Source of the DNA: the human T2T-CHM13v2.0 reference genome, Homo sapiens
DNA: 64,000 nucleotides
Assembly: GCF_009914755.1 (NCBI RefSeq)
Contig: NC_060928.1
Direction: 5' to 3' (one strand)
The translations under genes and the position numbers were made by a program. Positions 1-13,253 of the stretch are shown in pieces (position 1 is the stretch's first letter; each line of letters starts with the position of its first letter). Under the pieces are notes generated by a model, which was given only the letters and a program-made list of their open reading frames with translations, was not told the origin of the DNA and did no database searches.

Positions 1-59
1 GGCTATGTATAGGATGCCACCATTTGGATAAAGGGCAGAGGGAATAGAAACATCTTTGG

Positions 60-240
60 TTTGTTATCTATAAAATATTTCTGGAAAGATACACCAGACG
101 CTGATAAGATTTATGGCTTTCGGTGGAGGGAGCAGGTAGTCAAAAGGCAAGAGGAACAGGAGGGGTTTTCGCTGAATGTCCCTTGGTATGTTTTAAATTT
201 TGGGCCTTTTTGGGAATGTATTGTCTATATTCCCCTAAAA
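60..240 (+). mobile_element. Old L1ME/L1MC 3' UTR fragment
   Basis: tctggaaagatacacc...tgtattgtctatatt resembles the terminal part of ancient L1M 3' UTRs; heavily diverged. Confidence 0.45.
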
Positions 241-499
241 ACACACACACACAAAGAAAAACCAAAACTCATGTGCCCAGACCCCAGTGTTAGTGGTATA
301 TCAATGGTGGAGTTCTAGTTTGGTTCCTTAACTCTCCCAAGGCACTTAGAAGGGAATGCTGGGTGCCAGGATGGGTTCCTCAACTGCCTGACTTGCACCT
401 AAGTGACATATAGTTTCTGTCCTTGGCTGAGCCAGGTTCCCTTACAGAAGTCCTCTCCTTTAGCCAGGGAGCTTCTTCCTCCATCTAGTGTTTGCAATT

Positions 500-715
500 T
501 GGAAGAGGGTGGCCAACATGGGCCTGATTGGGAGGGTGACATTTGTGCAAAGCCTGAAGTAGGTGACAGCATGAGCCCTGAGGGCATCTGAAGGAAGGGA
601 ATTCCAGAAAGAGGGAATAGCAAGTTCAAGCATTGGAGGCAGACATGAGCCAGGCCAGGTGGCAGGTGTGCCTGGAATAGAGTAAACAAAAGGGAGAGAA
701 GCAGGAGGCAAAGAC
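500..715 (-). mobile_element. L2 LINE fragment
   Basis: ggagggtgacatttgtgcaaagcctgaag...attccagaaagagggaatagcaag is the typical antisense L2 signature. Confidence 0.65.
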
Positions 716-1229
716 AGAGGGAATGCACATTTTGTGTGGGAGTGAGGGCGGTGTGAACTGTGCTGAAATAATCATGCATTTCCTTGGAAATTCCACATCC
801 AGACACTGCTGTTTGTTTGCTCTGCTGTTTGTTGGCACTGAAGTCCCAGTTCTACTAATTGGCCTACCTATTGGTTCCTGAGCCCCACTCCCCATCCAGC
901 ACTCATGACTGGTGTCGGTGTCCCAGCCTCATTCCCTGTCTTGGTAACCAGCTCTGTAGCCTGGTCTCTCCCAGCTGCTACCTGGGAATGGGGACGTGTC
1001 ATGGAATCCTGGTCTGGGCTGGAGAGTGCTCCCAGTTCATACCCTGCGGGGACTACAGGACCATGAAGAGGAGAGACTGCAACAGGGAATCCAGGAGCTC
1101 TTCCTTCAGCCCTGGTGCTAAGGCGGTCTTCCTGATGTCTCCCAATCCACACACCTTTACCTCAGGTAACTGAACTTGTTGACTTTGCACAAATTACTTC
1201 CTCATTTTGCTCAGGTGAAACATCCTTGG

Positions 1230-1450
1230 TGTCCTCAGAGAGGTACTCCCTGACCTTCTGATGTAAAGTAGCCACGTTCTAGCCCAGTCTCTGTCCCCTT
1301 ACCCGTGTAATTTCTTTGCTGCATATATGGTTTTGTTTATTGTCTCTCTCTCCCCACTGAACGCCAGCTTGAGGAGAGTGAGGGCTTTATCTAGGATCCC
1401 AACACCTGCAGGCAGTTTGGCCCTCCTGGTACTTGTTTCAGTGAGTGCGT
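1230..1450 (+). mobile_element. L2 3' fragment
   Basis: tcctcagagaggtactccctgacc and ttgtttattgtctctctctcccact match L2a 3' motifs. Confidence 0.6.
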
Positions 1451-1839
1451 CTGGTTCTAGATTTGGTTTCTCCAAGTCAGCCCTCTGTCTCACTGGAGTG
1501 CCAGACTCTGACCATGGTGGGAATGGAGAGTCCTAGGAAGTTGGATGAGATGTGTGACCACACAGAATGGCATATGGACGGAGTGCTAGGAACACAAAGC
1601 CCTTAGCCCTGGTCCCCATCCTGAAGCAGAGGTGACAGAGACAAGAAAGGTAGCGTTCACCAACACTTTGCAGAAAAAAATACAGGGTCCTTTCACCTGC
1701 TCAAAATTGTGCTTCTTTGGTGTTATCAGAGCTTTAAAATGAGTGTAAAGTGCTTATTATTTGAAGGGTCACAGTTGTCATGAGATGGCAACCCACTTTT
1801 ATTATTATTGATTCTTTACTCTTGAGAAGCAACTTTGAC

Positions 1840-2040
1840 ACCAGTGGATTTGGGTTCAAATTCTGGCTCTCATACTTGCTGCCTTTGGGCAAATCAAGCC
1901 TTGCTGAGCCCATGTCCTCATTTAAGATGGGAATGGGGCAGTGGGAATGAGGGGATAATATCTACCTTCACCACTGACAGGATATAACATGTGGAGTAGA
2001 GTCTTTAGTACATAGTAAATGCTCAATGAACGTTCAACAT
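1840..2040 (+). mobile_element. MIR SINE
   Basis: tgggttcaaattctggctct (B-box region), diverged core and catagtaaatgctcaat tail. Confidence 0.65.
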
Positions 2041-2308
2041 TTTTCTTCTTCCTCAGCCCTCCTCCACATCTGCCATTATGAAAGGTAGTTTTCATGTACT
2101 TAGTGGTCTACAAGATTAATACTTGCCTGGAAATTGTGAGGACTATGAAAATAAAGTCTATGATCTCTGAGTTCATTCTCATTTATTATGTTCTTTTATG
2201 TTCAATATCCTGGTCACAGATCTAATATCCATAAGAGCTCATCAATTAATATTTTTCTTGTATTGGAGTCACACTATAATTCAGCCCATATCTTTACCAA
2301 TGCACAGG

Positions 2309-2800
2309 TGTGTTAGTCAAAGGCTCAGCTGCTGTAACAAAAATACTCCCAAACACAGTAGCTCAGTGATAGGAGCTTATGTCTTCTTACATGATAATCT
2401 GGGAATAAGTGGCTGGGCTGAATTTGTGGCTCTGATCTAGAAGGATATCCAGAGGCCCAGGTTCCTCCTCTCTTGTTGCTCCACTATTCCCTAGGGTGAC
2501 ACTTTTGTCCACACTATCTAAAGGAGAGCAACACCACTATATCCACACTTTAGTCTGAGGGGAGAGAGAGGAAGTCAAAAGCTTATCCTTTCGTTTCAAA
2601 GAAGTTGCATTAACTGCTTCTGCTCCTAATCTTTTGGCACAAACTTAGTCATGTGGCTATGCCTGGCTCCAAGGGTGCTTGCAAAATTTTATCTTTACCT
2701 GAGTGGCCGTAGGCTCTGTGAAAACTTAGTAACTGGAGGTCTATCACTAAAAGGAAGATGAGGACCAAGGATATTGGAGGAGGGGAGTGGGGGCAGTAGA
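2309..2800 (-). mobile_element. Old MaLR LTR (MLT1J/K-like)
   Basis: tgttagtca...gctgctgtaacaaa...cccaggttcctcctctcttgttgctccac...aacttagtcatgtggctatgcctggctccaagg. Confidence 0.6.
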
Positions 2801-3614
2801 CTTCTTAACACTCTTGGTCTGAATGGAACCAGATGAGGGTATGACTGACTGGCTTGGGGCAAGCCAATGGCCACTAGAGAAAAGCAACTGCTGACAGATG
2901 CCCAGAGCTTCCTTTGAGCCTGCAGGTGGTAGGTTTTGAGTAAACAGTGAGTACATACCTTTTTCCCCTACCATTAAAAAAAATGATGTCATCCAGCAAA
3001 ACCAAGGATAAACAGTATCATGCCTGTATTGTATTTTTAATTGTTTCATACATTTGGATCCATATAGTAATTGCATACTTGGATCCAGGTTGCTTTAGAA
3101 CTCAGCTGAAGTTTGTCTGAAATTCAGAACCAAGATGTTGTAGCTCAGGAGGGCCTCGTGACCATTGGCCATCTTTAGGATCAGTGCAGAAACTGAAAGC
3201 CGATGCAGATCATGTGCTCCTTCGATGGTGTCTGTGGTTGCACAGAAAGCTGCACGGTCACAGGAAAAGCCTCTGGACCAGGGTGCCAGGTCTTAGGTTT
3301 TCTAATTCCAGCTCTTACATTGATAAACTCTAACTTCAATTATCTCAGCATTCATGCTTCCAATTCCATTTCCATTAAGGCCAGAAGGAGCAGGATGCCA
3401 CAGTATTTGGGGGAAAGAATAACTTTTAACAATCATGAAGTTCTCTACAAATGTCAACTACAACTGCATGGTGCTAGGATCTTCAGAATCCTCAGACTGA
3501 GGTGAAACAGACACAGCAGAGAGCACACTTTGCTTCTGCTTGTATTCTCATTTCAGTTCAGGGAACAACTGTATACCCATTCTCTCCTTTGAGCCTCTCA
3601 TTTGAAGTGGATAA

Positions 3615-3700
3615 TTATTGTATTATTGTTATTATTTTCATTTTACAGATGAAAAACTGAGATGCAAGGAGATTATGGGTATGATTCAAGGACATATCAA
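3615..3700 (-). mobile_element. MIR fragment
   Basis: MIR core attttacagatgaaaaactgag. Confidence 0.6.
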
Positions 3701-3706
3701 TGATAG

Positions 3707-4063
<357 letters not shown>

Positions 4064-5124
4064 TAGGACATACCTGTGAAACGAATGGGTAGTACTGGTT
4101 AAAAAAAAAAAAAGCAGTCATGTTAGAACACTTTAGACTTTGTCCTACTAAACAGAACTCCTGTGAACACTTCAGTTAACTTTCCACCCACTCCTGCTTT
4201 GGGTATCAAGATAGGGAATAGTATCAGTGCTATGGAACAGGTAGTCTTTTGGGAATGTCTCACGTGTTTTGGCCACACTCTGGTTGATAAAGCAGGTTCA
4301 CACAAATCAACAGGCCTGTGAGCTGAAGGAGGATGGGACTGAGTCATATTTCTCTTTGCAGGTGCTTCTAAAATCCTATGGGATGAATGCTCTTGTTTGG
4401 TCCTTAGGACAGCTCAGAAATATAAGCATTCCATGACATTTCCATGGAATAGGCCCAGAGATGGAGGCTGGAGGAGGCCTTGTCACAGGCTGGGTGTCAC
4501 AGAGCTAAGACACCACATGGCTGGGGCTGGACAGTGGTTCCCCGTTCTCCTATCTCAGTGCATCTCTCGCCCCACACCCTGCTCAGCCCTCCAGCTGCCT
4601 TGTCTCTGAACCCAAAGCCCTCACTTGTATGCCCTCTGAAGCCTCCTGTGATTATCCATTTTCTCTCAGAAGAAGCTGAAGTCTTTTCTTCAGGGAATAA
4701 ATTCAGAACTTGAGACAATTGGCCTGCTTCTTGCTTTCAACAAATATGGAAATGCAGCCATTAAAACACACAGTTCCTGCTCTCGAAAATACAACTGTGT
4801 TTTCCTCCCCTTCATCCTTGCTACAGAGATTTGATCACAGGTCTATTTTATCACTTGGTTTTTCTAACAAATGAACAGAAGCAGCAGAACTATCTTCAGA
4901 GTCCCTGAGGCCTCCTCTTGTCCTCTGTCCCAGAAACCCAAGTTTCATTTTCCACAGCCTAGTCTCTTTTTCCACAGTTAAACTGAGGTAAATTCCAAAT
5001 TTTTCTGCAGATCCTATTTTGATCTCCATTGACTCTAAGATTCACCACCCTACTCTTTGCCCCTCAAATCGGACCCTCTTTTTTTTTTTTAAAAGAAATA
5101 ATAAATTAATTCATCAATTTATTC

Positions 5125-5272
5125 AGAGACAGGGTCTTGCCCTGTCACTGAGGCTGGAGTGAAATGGCATAATCATAGCTCATTTTAGTCTTGACCTTCT
5201 GGCCTCAAGCAATCCTCCTGCCTCAGCCTCCCAAAGTGCTGGGATTATAGGTGTGAGCCACTGCACTCAGCC
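5125..5272 (-). mobile_element. Alu monomer (FRAM-like / internally deleted AluJ)
   Basis: About 150 bp with a left-arm-type 5' end and a right-arm-type 3' end. Confidence 0.85.
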
Positions 5273-5339
5273 TAATTCACTCTTTTGATAAATGGTACCA
5301 TTTATAAGTAAAATTCCCAGGCACTACCTCCCTACCCCT

Positions 5340-5830
<491 letters not shown>

Positions 5831-6415
5831 TTGTTAAAAGACCTAGTCTTTCATTGATTTTGATAGTTTGCGAGTCTGGGTTGGGAAATGGGCCCCTTGC
5901 TGTCTTCTCCAATCCCTAATCTCCTCCAAGCAGACCCCTGCTGCCGTGCAAATCGGCTCATGCACATAGATGCATCAGACAGGCTTGAGGCCTGGGCTCA
6001 AACTGGTTCCACCTGTTTCGTGTGTTTAACTGCTGGAGCTCTGCAGGCAGGACTGCGTTTTGTTTTTCTCTGTATGCCAGCAGTGTTGCGCATGGTGGGA
6101 GTGTGATGAATATCCTATGGATGGACGACCTGCCCAGCATTCCCCGAGGAAGTGGACTGAAGGATGCCCACAGCAGCTGGGTCTTAGCAGCAAGAGTGTC
6201 ATCTGTAACCATAACTACCCTTTGATAAGAAAACGAGAGCAGGACCATCTGTAGGCCATCTGGGAGACCCAGCTCTGGTGACTGGGTCCTGGCACATGTA
6301 TTTGCTTTGGCTGCCTCCTTTTTCTCTAGAGAGCAGGGACTTTGTATCCCCAGAGTCCAGCACAAGCAGGACCTCAATCAATGTAGGTTTGAATGGGGTT
6401 TCCATTGCTATCCAG

Positions 6416-6980
6416 TGTCTTAGCTTGGATTCTCCTCAGAACAGACCCTAGGACAAGACTTGGGTGCAGGTCGTTTGTTTAGGATGTGATCCCAGGAAGC
6501 AGAAGTAGAGGAAGTGATATTGGGAAGAGAGAAAAGTCCACGAAGGGCACGTTATTGTGTGAGTTACTGCTGTGGGCCAGTGGCCTTAGTCCTGTCAAAG
6601 GGTCCATGGGAAGCTTGTGCAGCCTCCACAGAGTCACCCACCAGAACACAGGGAGGCTGGGGCAAATTCGCCAACTCCAGTCCCATTGGTTATATGTTGC
6701 AAAAATAAATAAATAAATAAATACAAAAAAACAAGGTTGCCTCCCTGGGGACTTAATTTGCCACACTTCTGGGTTGTTCCTGACATCAGAGCAAGCTCTG
6801 GGATGTGAGAAGCCCTCAGGCGGAGGAGCAGAGAGTGTGACAGGCCAGAGATGGGAAGCTGTCAGCAGGCTGAAGCTAGTTGTCCACCTCCACCGCAGGT
6901 GAACGCAGGTAGATGCAGGTGGACACAGGCAACTTGAGATGTGGCGGGGGTGGGCAGCAAGGGGCTCTGCTACCCCAGCC
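6416..6980 (-). mobile_element. ERVL LTR (LTR16-like)
   Basis: tgtcttagcttggattctcctcagaacagaccctaggacaagacttgggtgcagg...gtgatcccaggaagca matches the antisense LTR16-family terminus; distal boundary uncertain. Confidence 0.65.
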
Positions 6981-7301
6981 TCTGGGATCGGGAGGGGAAG
7001 GAAGCACAAAATCATTGTTTTTCATTGAAAAACATCTGCTCCTGGAGTCAGTCTCTTTGAGGCAGGCTTGACAATTTATTTTTGGAAAACACAAGAAAGA
7101 TCAGTATTTTTAGTCATTAGTTTTAGTAATTATTAATGACACCTCCATTCTCCAAAGAGTTCTGCTTTGGAAAATAAATTGTCACAATACCATTAGACGG
7201 TAACTGTGACCACACCCACCCATTCCCACTCCCATCACTAAGAGCTTGTTGCACGTGTGTTCTGTGTCCACCTCTGTTCTGAGCCAAGAATCTTCGAAGC
7301 T

Positions 7302-7593
7302 GGCTAGGTGCAGTGGCTCATACCTGTAATCCCAACACTTTGGGAGGCCGAGGCAGGTGTATAACTTTAGGTCAGGAGTTCAAGACCAGCCTGGCCAACA
7401 TGGTGGAACCCTGTCTCTACTAAAAATTCAAAAATTGGGCATGGTGGCACACACCTGTAATTCCAGCTACTTGGGAGGCTGAAGCAGGAGAATTGCCTGA
7501 ACTCAAGAGGCAGAGGTTACAGTGAGCTGAGATCGCGCCATGCACTCTTGCCTGGTCAACAGAGCTAGACTCTGTCTCAAGAAAAAAAAAAAG
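7302..7593 (+). mobile_element. Alu (AluSx-like), full length
   Basis: Dimeric Alu with A tail; TSD caagaatcttcgaagc 7285-7300 / caagaatcttcggagc 7596-7611. Confidence 0.95.
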
Positions 7594-7616
7594 AACAAGA
7601 ATCTTCGGAGCCAATA

Positions 7617-7779
7617 GGTGACTCTGTGAAGGCTGCACAAGCTTCCCCATGGAACCCTTGGCGGACGGAGCCCACTGGCCCACAGCAGCAGGTCACTCAA
7701 TAATGTGCCCTTCATGGACTTTTCTCTTCCCAAATCACTTCCTCTACTCCCTCACTTCTGCTTACTGGGATCACTTCCT
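7617..7779 (-). repeat. Inverted copy of 6481-6638
   Basis: Reverse complement aligns to 6481-6638 at about 88% by eye; also visible as near-identical translations in ORFs 6486..6716(+) and 7503..7733(-). Confidence 0.92.
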
Positions 7780-9118
7780 GAGCTCAGAATCTTCTAAGCC
7801 AATGAGATCTAAGACTTCAGGGTCAGGAGCTGGCTTCATCCCTATTTATACAGGAGAGCGGGACACCCAGAGGGCCAGGGAAGGGCACCCCTTTCCCATT
7901 AAATTCGCTGCAGCCTGCCTTCCTCCCTACACTAGCAGAGTGCTTGGCCCGTCACTTGTTTAGCTTTCAGTCCATCCTCCTGTCCCAGGTTCCATTCCAA
8001 ATTCCTCTGGGACTCCCAGGTGTCTCAGACCCCTGGTCAGCTGGCGCCTTGACCTTCTCATCTTCTTCCAGCCCCTTTTCTCTAGGGCTGGACCCAGCTT
8101 TCCGATCCTTCCCTGACTTACGGTGCTAAATATGAAGCACCCACATTTTTGCCAGAAGCCCTCTCCATGCCCCCACACCCTTGGCTCAGACCTGAGTCCT
8201 GCACTACATCAGAATTGAGTTCATTGCACCCCTTGGCCTTGAATCTGGGCTGCTGGAAGGGTTTGCCTTCTGCTGCTGCCTCAGTTGCTTTTCTCTCATT
8301 TCCATTTCAAGCAAGTCCTGGTATTCCCAGTGTGCTCTTTGACCAAGACAGAGTCTGGGTCATAACAAGATTTGGCACAGAGGGTGCTGAAATAAATGAG
8401 AAAAACTGAAGGAACAGAAATGATGAGTTCCATGAGATTTATTCATTCATAAAAGTATGACTGAAATATTGAGCAACACAGTTCCAGAATGACAGGAGCT
8501 ACTTAATGCTTATGGACTTGCATAGACACAGGAGCAGGCCCAGAAGTCCCAGGGCTTCTGACAACCAGATGGGTGAGAGTAGGGAGGCATCATCCTCATT
8601 CATTTCCCATGCAACTCAGAGTGCGGATTCCTCTTGTGGCTCAGGAAGGATGGCGTTTGGCCAGGAAAAGTGCATTGCATGTAGTGTATCAGCTACATGG
8701 CCCTGGAAATAGCAATAGTGTTGGGATGTTTTTTGCTCAGGCCTCGAGTTTCCATGAAGCAGGTAATTCTGTCCTCTTTCTGCCCACTATTCACTCATCC
8801 CCCTGCCTGCTCCTAACCTGGTTGCTCACAGGAAAGACACATTCAGCTCTGTTCTAAGTTTTATGGGGCCAGGCATCTGGAAGCAATTCTGTGATAACCC
8901 CCTGTTGCTGGGGCTTCGGTGAGGAGTCCAATACTGGGCTGCAGCATTAGAAAGCCTAAGCCTTAAGCCATGCTCTCCTTATTGGCTACATTGTAACAAA
9001 GGATATTTTGATCTCATTTTCCAGATACTCATGCCTATCTATCAATTAGTTCTCAGCTCCAGTGGGAACAGGGAGGTTAATCATTGGACTTCCTCAAAAC
9101 TCACCGTGTCATTCCAAC

Positions 9119-9212
9119 TTCATAGCGTCGGTATAAGGATTAAATGAGTCTTTAGAACAGGGCTTCGCACTTAGTGAAAGTTCAAAAGAGTTAGCTATTT
9201 TTTTTATTATTA
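9119..9212 (+). mobile_element. MIR 3' fragment
   Basis: aggattaaatgag...ttagaacagggcttcgcacttagt...ttagctatt. Confidence 0.6.
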
Positions 9213-10639
9213 GTAATAATAACAGTAACTCAGCCCCTCATTACACCTACATGTTGAGAAAAAAATGAACAATATAAAGTATGTACTTCAAGCATTGGCA
9301 AATAACATTTGGGACAAGGGAAGGAGAAGTGGATGGAATAGCATACAGCAAAATGAGAACTGGGAGAAAAAAGTGGGCCCTATGGGATCAGTCACTCCAA
9401 GACCTAAGGAGAGGCACAGACTGCCTCCCTGAAGGAAGGCTCAGGACCTTGCCTCCAGCTGTGGGCTGCTGTGGGCAGTTGGTCAGCTCCTTCCAGCAGC
9501 AAATCCTGAAAAGGATCATTCTACCATTGTGTGGCAGGAGTGCCACACCCATTGTCACCTCAAAGGCCAGGAGTGGGGAGGAAGGTAGTATCTTTTTCTC
9601 TTTTTCCATTTCTTGCTCCTGGAGGGAAAATGGAGAAAAGGAGAAAGCAGCCCAGAGCCTCCAAACCATATTAAGTTCAGGTCTTGCTGAGGCAGAGAGG
9701 AGGGCCATGAATGCAGATTTCTTCATTTGTTCGTTCAAAGTCCTGTTGATGGGAAGGTTCATCTGTTCTCATTATTTATAATTAAAATATTGATGGATTG
9801 GCTACTATGCATCTACCTCAGCTCACTGTTTAATTTGGGTGTTAACTTGCCCGGGGAATATCTCTAAGAAAGATGCCAATAACTCATTAGCAGCTTATAA
9901 AGGATCCTTTTACTTTTCTTCCAAGCTATTTTAAAATGCAACAGTTGGGAGATTTATCAAGCATTTGTTATTATAAGTTATTACTGGGTGTTTCTTATAA
10001 CTTGCCTGAGGGTGGCAGCATTTACAGGGGTCTCTCTAATTTTCCAGTGACTCCCCAAATGCACACTATGACTTTCATTTTTATTTTGAAGGAATTCAAG
10101 GAAATTTAATATCCTAAGAGGGGGTGCAAATTGTGGAGAGATAGATATCATGGAAATGGAAATGTTCCATTTTACATTATTCACAGAGACAGCTAAAGAG
10201 CCTTGCTGGCAGCCAACACATTGTTTAGAGTGTCTCTAGAAAGTCTGTGCTAGGAGTAGTGGGTGAGGGGGAAGACTTGGTGCCCCTGGCCCTTCTAGTG
10301 GTCTGTTCTCAGGACATTCCAGCCTCACCTGGTCCCTAGTGATCCAAGATGAAGCAGTATTAAAGGAGAGCCACTTCTTCAATCCCTTTAGTCTCTCTAT
10401 GTGACTCTTTCTTCTCCCCTGAGCACATAGTTGGGATTGAGGGGGGACTATGATGTTTGGCTCCACTAGCCAAGGGACCCGAGTCTAGGATTGGGTTTGG
10501 GGACTAGAGCTCTAGGTGCATGATTGGGTGGGATTGCATGAGAGAGACTCTAAGAAGCCTGATAGTACATAGTACTGAACCCCTAGGCACCTCAGCACTC
10601 CCTCATTTATGGGGATTCCTACCACTCCCCTAAACCTGA

Positions 10640-11225
10640 CTTATTTAACAGGATAACTCTTATTGCTATGTAGAGAATAATTATGGAGAAGGAGGCAAGA
10701 ATGGAAGCAAAGAGAACTGTTAGAAGGCTACAGAGATAATCCAGGGAAGAGATAGTGTCTGGGACCAGGGCAGGTTCTTCACCACTATTAATAGTTTATG
10801 TTGGATAATTCCTTGTTGTGGGGGGCTGTCCTGCGCATTGCACAATGTTTGGCAGTATCCTTGACCTCTATGCACTAGATGCCAGTAGCACCTCTACCAG
10901 ATGCCAGTAGAACCCTCTCCATGTGACAATCCAAAATGCCTCCAGATATTGCCAAATGTCCACTGAGATGCAAAATTGCCAAATGGGATTGAGACCAACT
11001 GGACTAGGGTGATAGCAGTGAAGATGTAAGAAGTGATCAGATTCAGGATTTGTTGAGTTTATGCATGAGGGATGAGAGAGGAATCAAGGGTGACTTCAAG
11101 GTTTTTGGCCTGAGTGAGGGGAAGGATTGAGTTTCCATTTACGGAGATGGGGAAGACCATTGGTGGAACAGGGTTTGAGGGCAGGGCAGCCTGGAGTTCA
11201 TATGAGAGTTCTGGACTGGAGTTCA
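10640..11225 (-). mobile_element. L2 fragment interrupted by MER20
   Basis: gttagaaggctacagagataatccaggg...gagaggaatcaagggtgacttcaaggtttttggcctgag. Confidence 0.75.
10771..11001 (-). mobile_element. MER20 (hAT-Charlie MITE)
   Basis: ggataattccttgttgtggggggctgtcctg...ctagatgccagtagcac...ccagatattgccaaatgtcc; 8-bp TSD gaccaggg/gactaggg; internal 22-bp tandem duplication 10875-10918. Confidence 0.9.
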
Positions 11226-12078
11226 GTATATGTATCACATTGCTTATGTAATTTCAGAAAAGACAGGAAGGAGCTAATGGCTAAGTTCATGGAGATATAA
11301 ATGGTATTCTAATCACTACAGGGAAAGGAAGCATTGCCAAGTCTTCTGAGGACCTTGGGGCCACAGATATATTCTAGGCAGTCATGTCTTCTCAGGTTTG
11401 AGACTTAGGGTTAGGTATGTCTTATCTCAGTAAGGGTCAGTGGTCACCCTGCACTGTAGATTCTTCCTATCAGAGAGGTCAACAGGATGTCTCTGGACCT
11501 TTAGAATCAAAGCAATGGGCCAGAGCCAAGTCTCTGATGTCCACAGCCTTGGGTCTGTATTGAATTATTTATGAGTTCATATTTGCCTTAATTATTCAAT
11601 GTTTGATTTCACCACACGGAAGAGGAAGGCATAGTTTGGAGAAGAAACTGACACTTGAATGACTTGCATATCTGATTTATCAAACTGAAAAAAAAACCAT
11701 TTTCTTCATTTGCAAAAAGTCCATTGTGCTTTACCTAACATCCTTTGGATAGAGCCTGAGCTGAAAAGTATTTTGCTAAAGCACAGCTATATATAGAAAC
11801 TTCTCATCTGTCTGAAGATATAAACAACTGCAGGAAGTTTGGAATATGTTGTTAAGACTGTTCTCTTGGTTTCCTCGTCACAGATCCTCTTGCTATTCTG
11901 CAGAGAATATGTTGCTGTCTATTTGGTGTGTGGTTTCCGCTGCTCCTTTCTTCCTAAAATTTCAGCGGAGGCTCTTCTTACTTCACTATGTTGAAGATAC
12001 TGACTAAAAAGAAAATGGCGCACTGCTTTCCAATTGAATGAGCAGATTTTTTCAGTGTCTGGGAAAACAATAAAATCC

Positions 12079-12158
12079 TCTTCTCTTCTCTTCTCTTCTC
12101 TTCTCTTCTCTTCTCTTCTCTTCTCTTCTCTCTCTCTTCCTCTCTCTCTCTCTCTCTC
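12079..12158. repeat. (CTTCT)n then (CT)n microsatellite at the Alu monomer tail
   Basis: Directly visible. Confidence 0.95.
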
Positions 12159-12368
<210 letters not shown>

Positions 12369-13062
12369 TAATTAATAAAAATTCTGCGCTAAAGAATTTT
12401 GTTTTTACTTTATTTCTTTTGAGTAAATACAACAAAAACTAAGCTAATAAAAATTCTTTAAGCAGAAGTTCTGCTGGAATATACTTTAATAAGTGTAAAA
12501 ATATATAATATGTGCACATTAAGTGCTTTTTAAAGATTGCCTAAAAAGAGAATTTCCTTTAGAGTTTCTATATAATTAACTAAATTGGTACATTAAAAAA
12601 ATTGCAATTTCACAAAGTCTGTGTTAGTGGATTAAGATCAATGAGGTTTTATGCCTGATGCTCCCTTGCTGTTACAGGGCTTGCTAATTTGCCTAACAGA
12701 TACGGTCTCTGTGGCGCGGCGATGGCATTTCAAACATAGGTTAAAATTAAGAGTAATAGGAGTAATTAATCATAAGCGTTTTTTTTTTTTTGCTTACCTT
12801 TTTTTTCAAGTTTGTGCCTTAGGTCCATGAAATCATAAGTTTATTTTACCTTCTTAAATTCAGATAAGCCAACTATTTCTCTGTTTGTTTTTCTTTTCAA
12901 AAATCTTATCTTCTCAAAGAAATATAAAGAGAATTGCCTACATTATATTCAGGGTCTAAGATCTGGGGTCTTCATTTTCTCACCACATCCTTAACAAAAC
13001 CACCACCAAGCACCTCCCTATTTCCCCAAAACAAAACTTTTATGGGCATTTAGGAGGTTTCT

Positions 13063-13253
13063 AGGTTCTGTCCAATAGAACCTTCTGCAATGATGGAAAT
13101 GTTCTACATCTGCTTTGTCTAATACAGTAGCTCTTGCCACTTGTGGCTATTGAGCATTTGAAATATGACTGATGATAAATGGAATTTTTTATTTCAATTA
13201 ATTTTAATATTAATAGCCACATGTGGCTACTGGCCACCGTATTGGATAGTCAT
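13063..13253 (+). mobile_element. MER3 (hAT-Charlie MITE)
   Basis: ctgtccaatagaaccttctgcaatgatggaaatgttct...atagccacatgtggctactggccaccgtattgga. Confidence 0.9.

Noticed and set aside
6479-7015. 178-aa minus-strand ORF
   Set aside because: Lies in LTR-derived sequence and runs through a (TAAA)n tract; not protein-like
7279-7803. Thrice-repeated ~16-26 bp motif with spacers resembling a CRISPR-like array
   Set aside because: Explained by an Alu TSD nested in a duplication; spacers are 300 and 165 bp; eukaryotic DNA with no cas genes
9281-9781. 166-aa ORF in unique sequence overlapped by a 124-aa antisense ORF
   Set aside because: No recognisable domain, no promoter or splice context; length is attainable by chance in 64 kb
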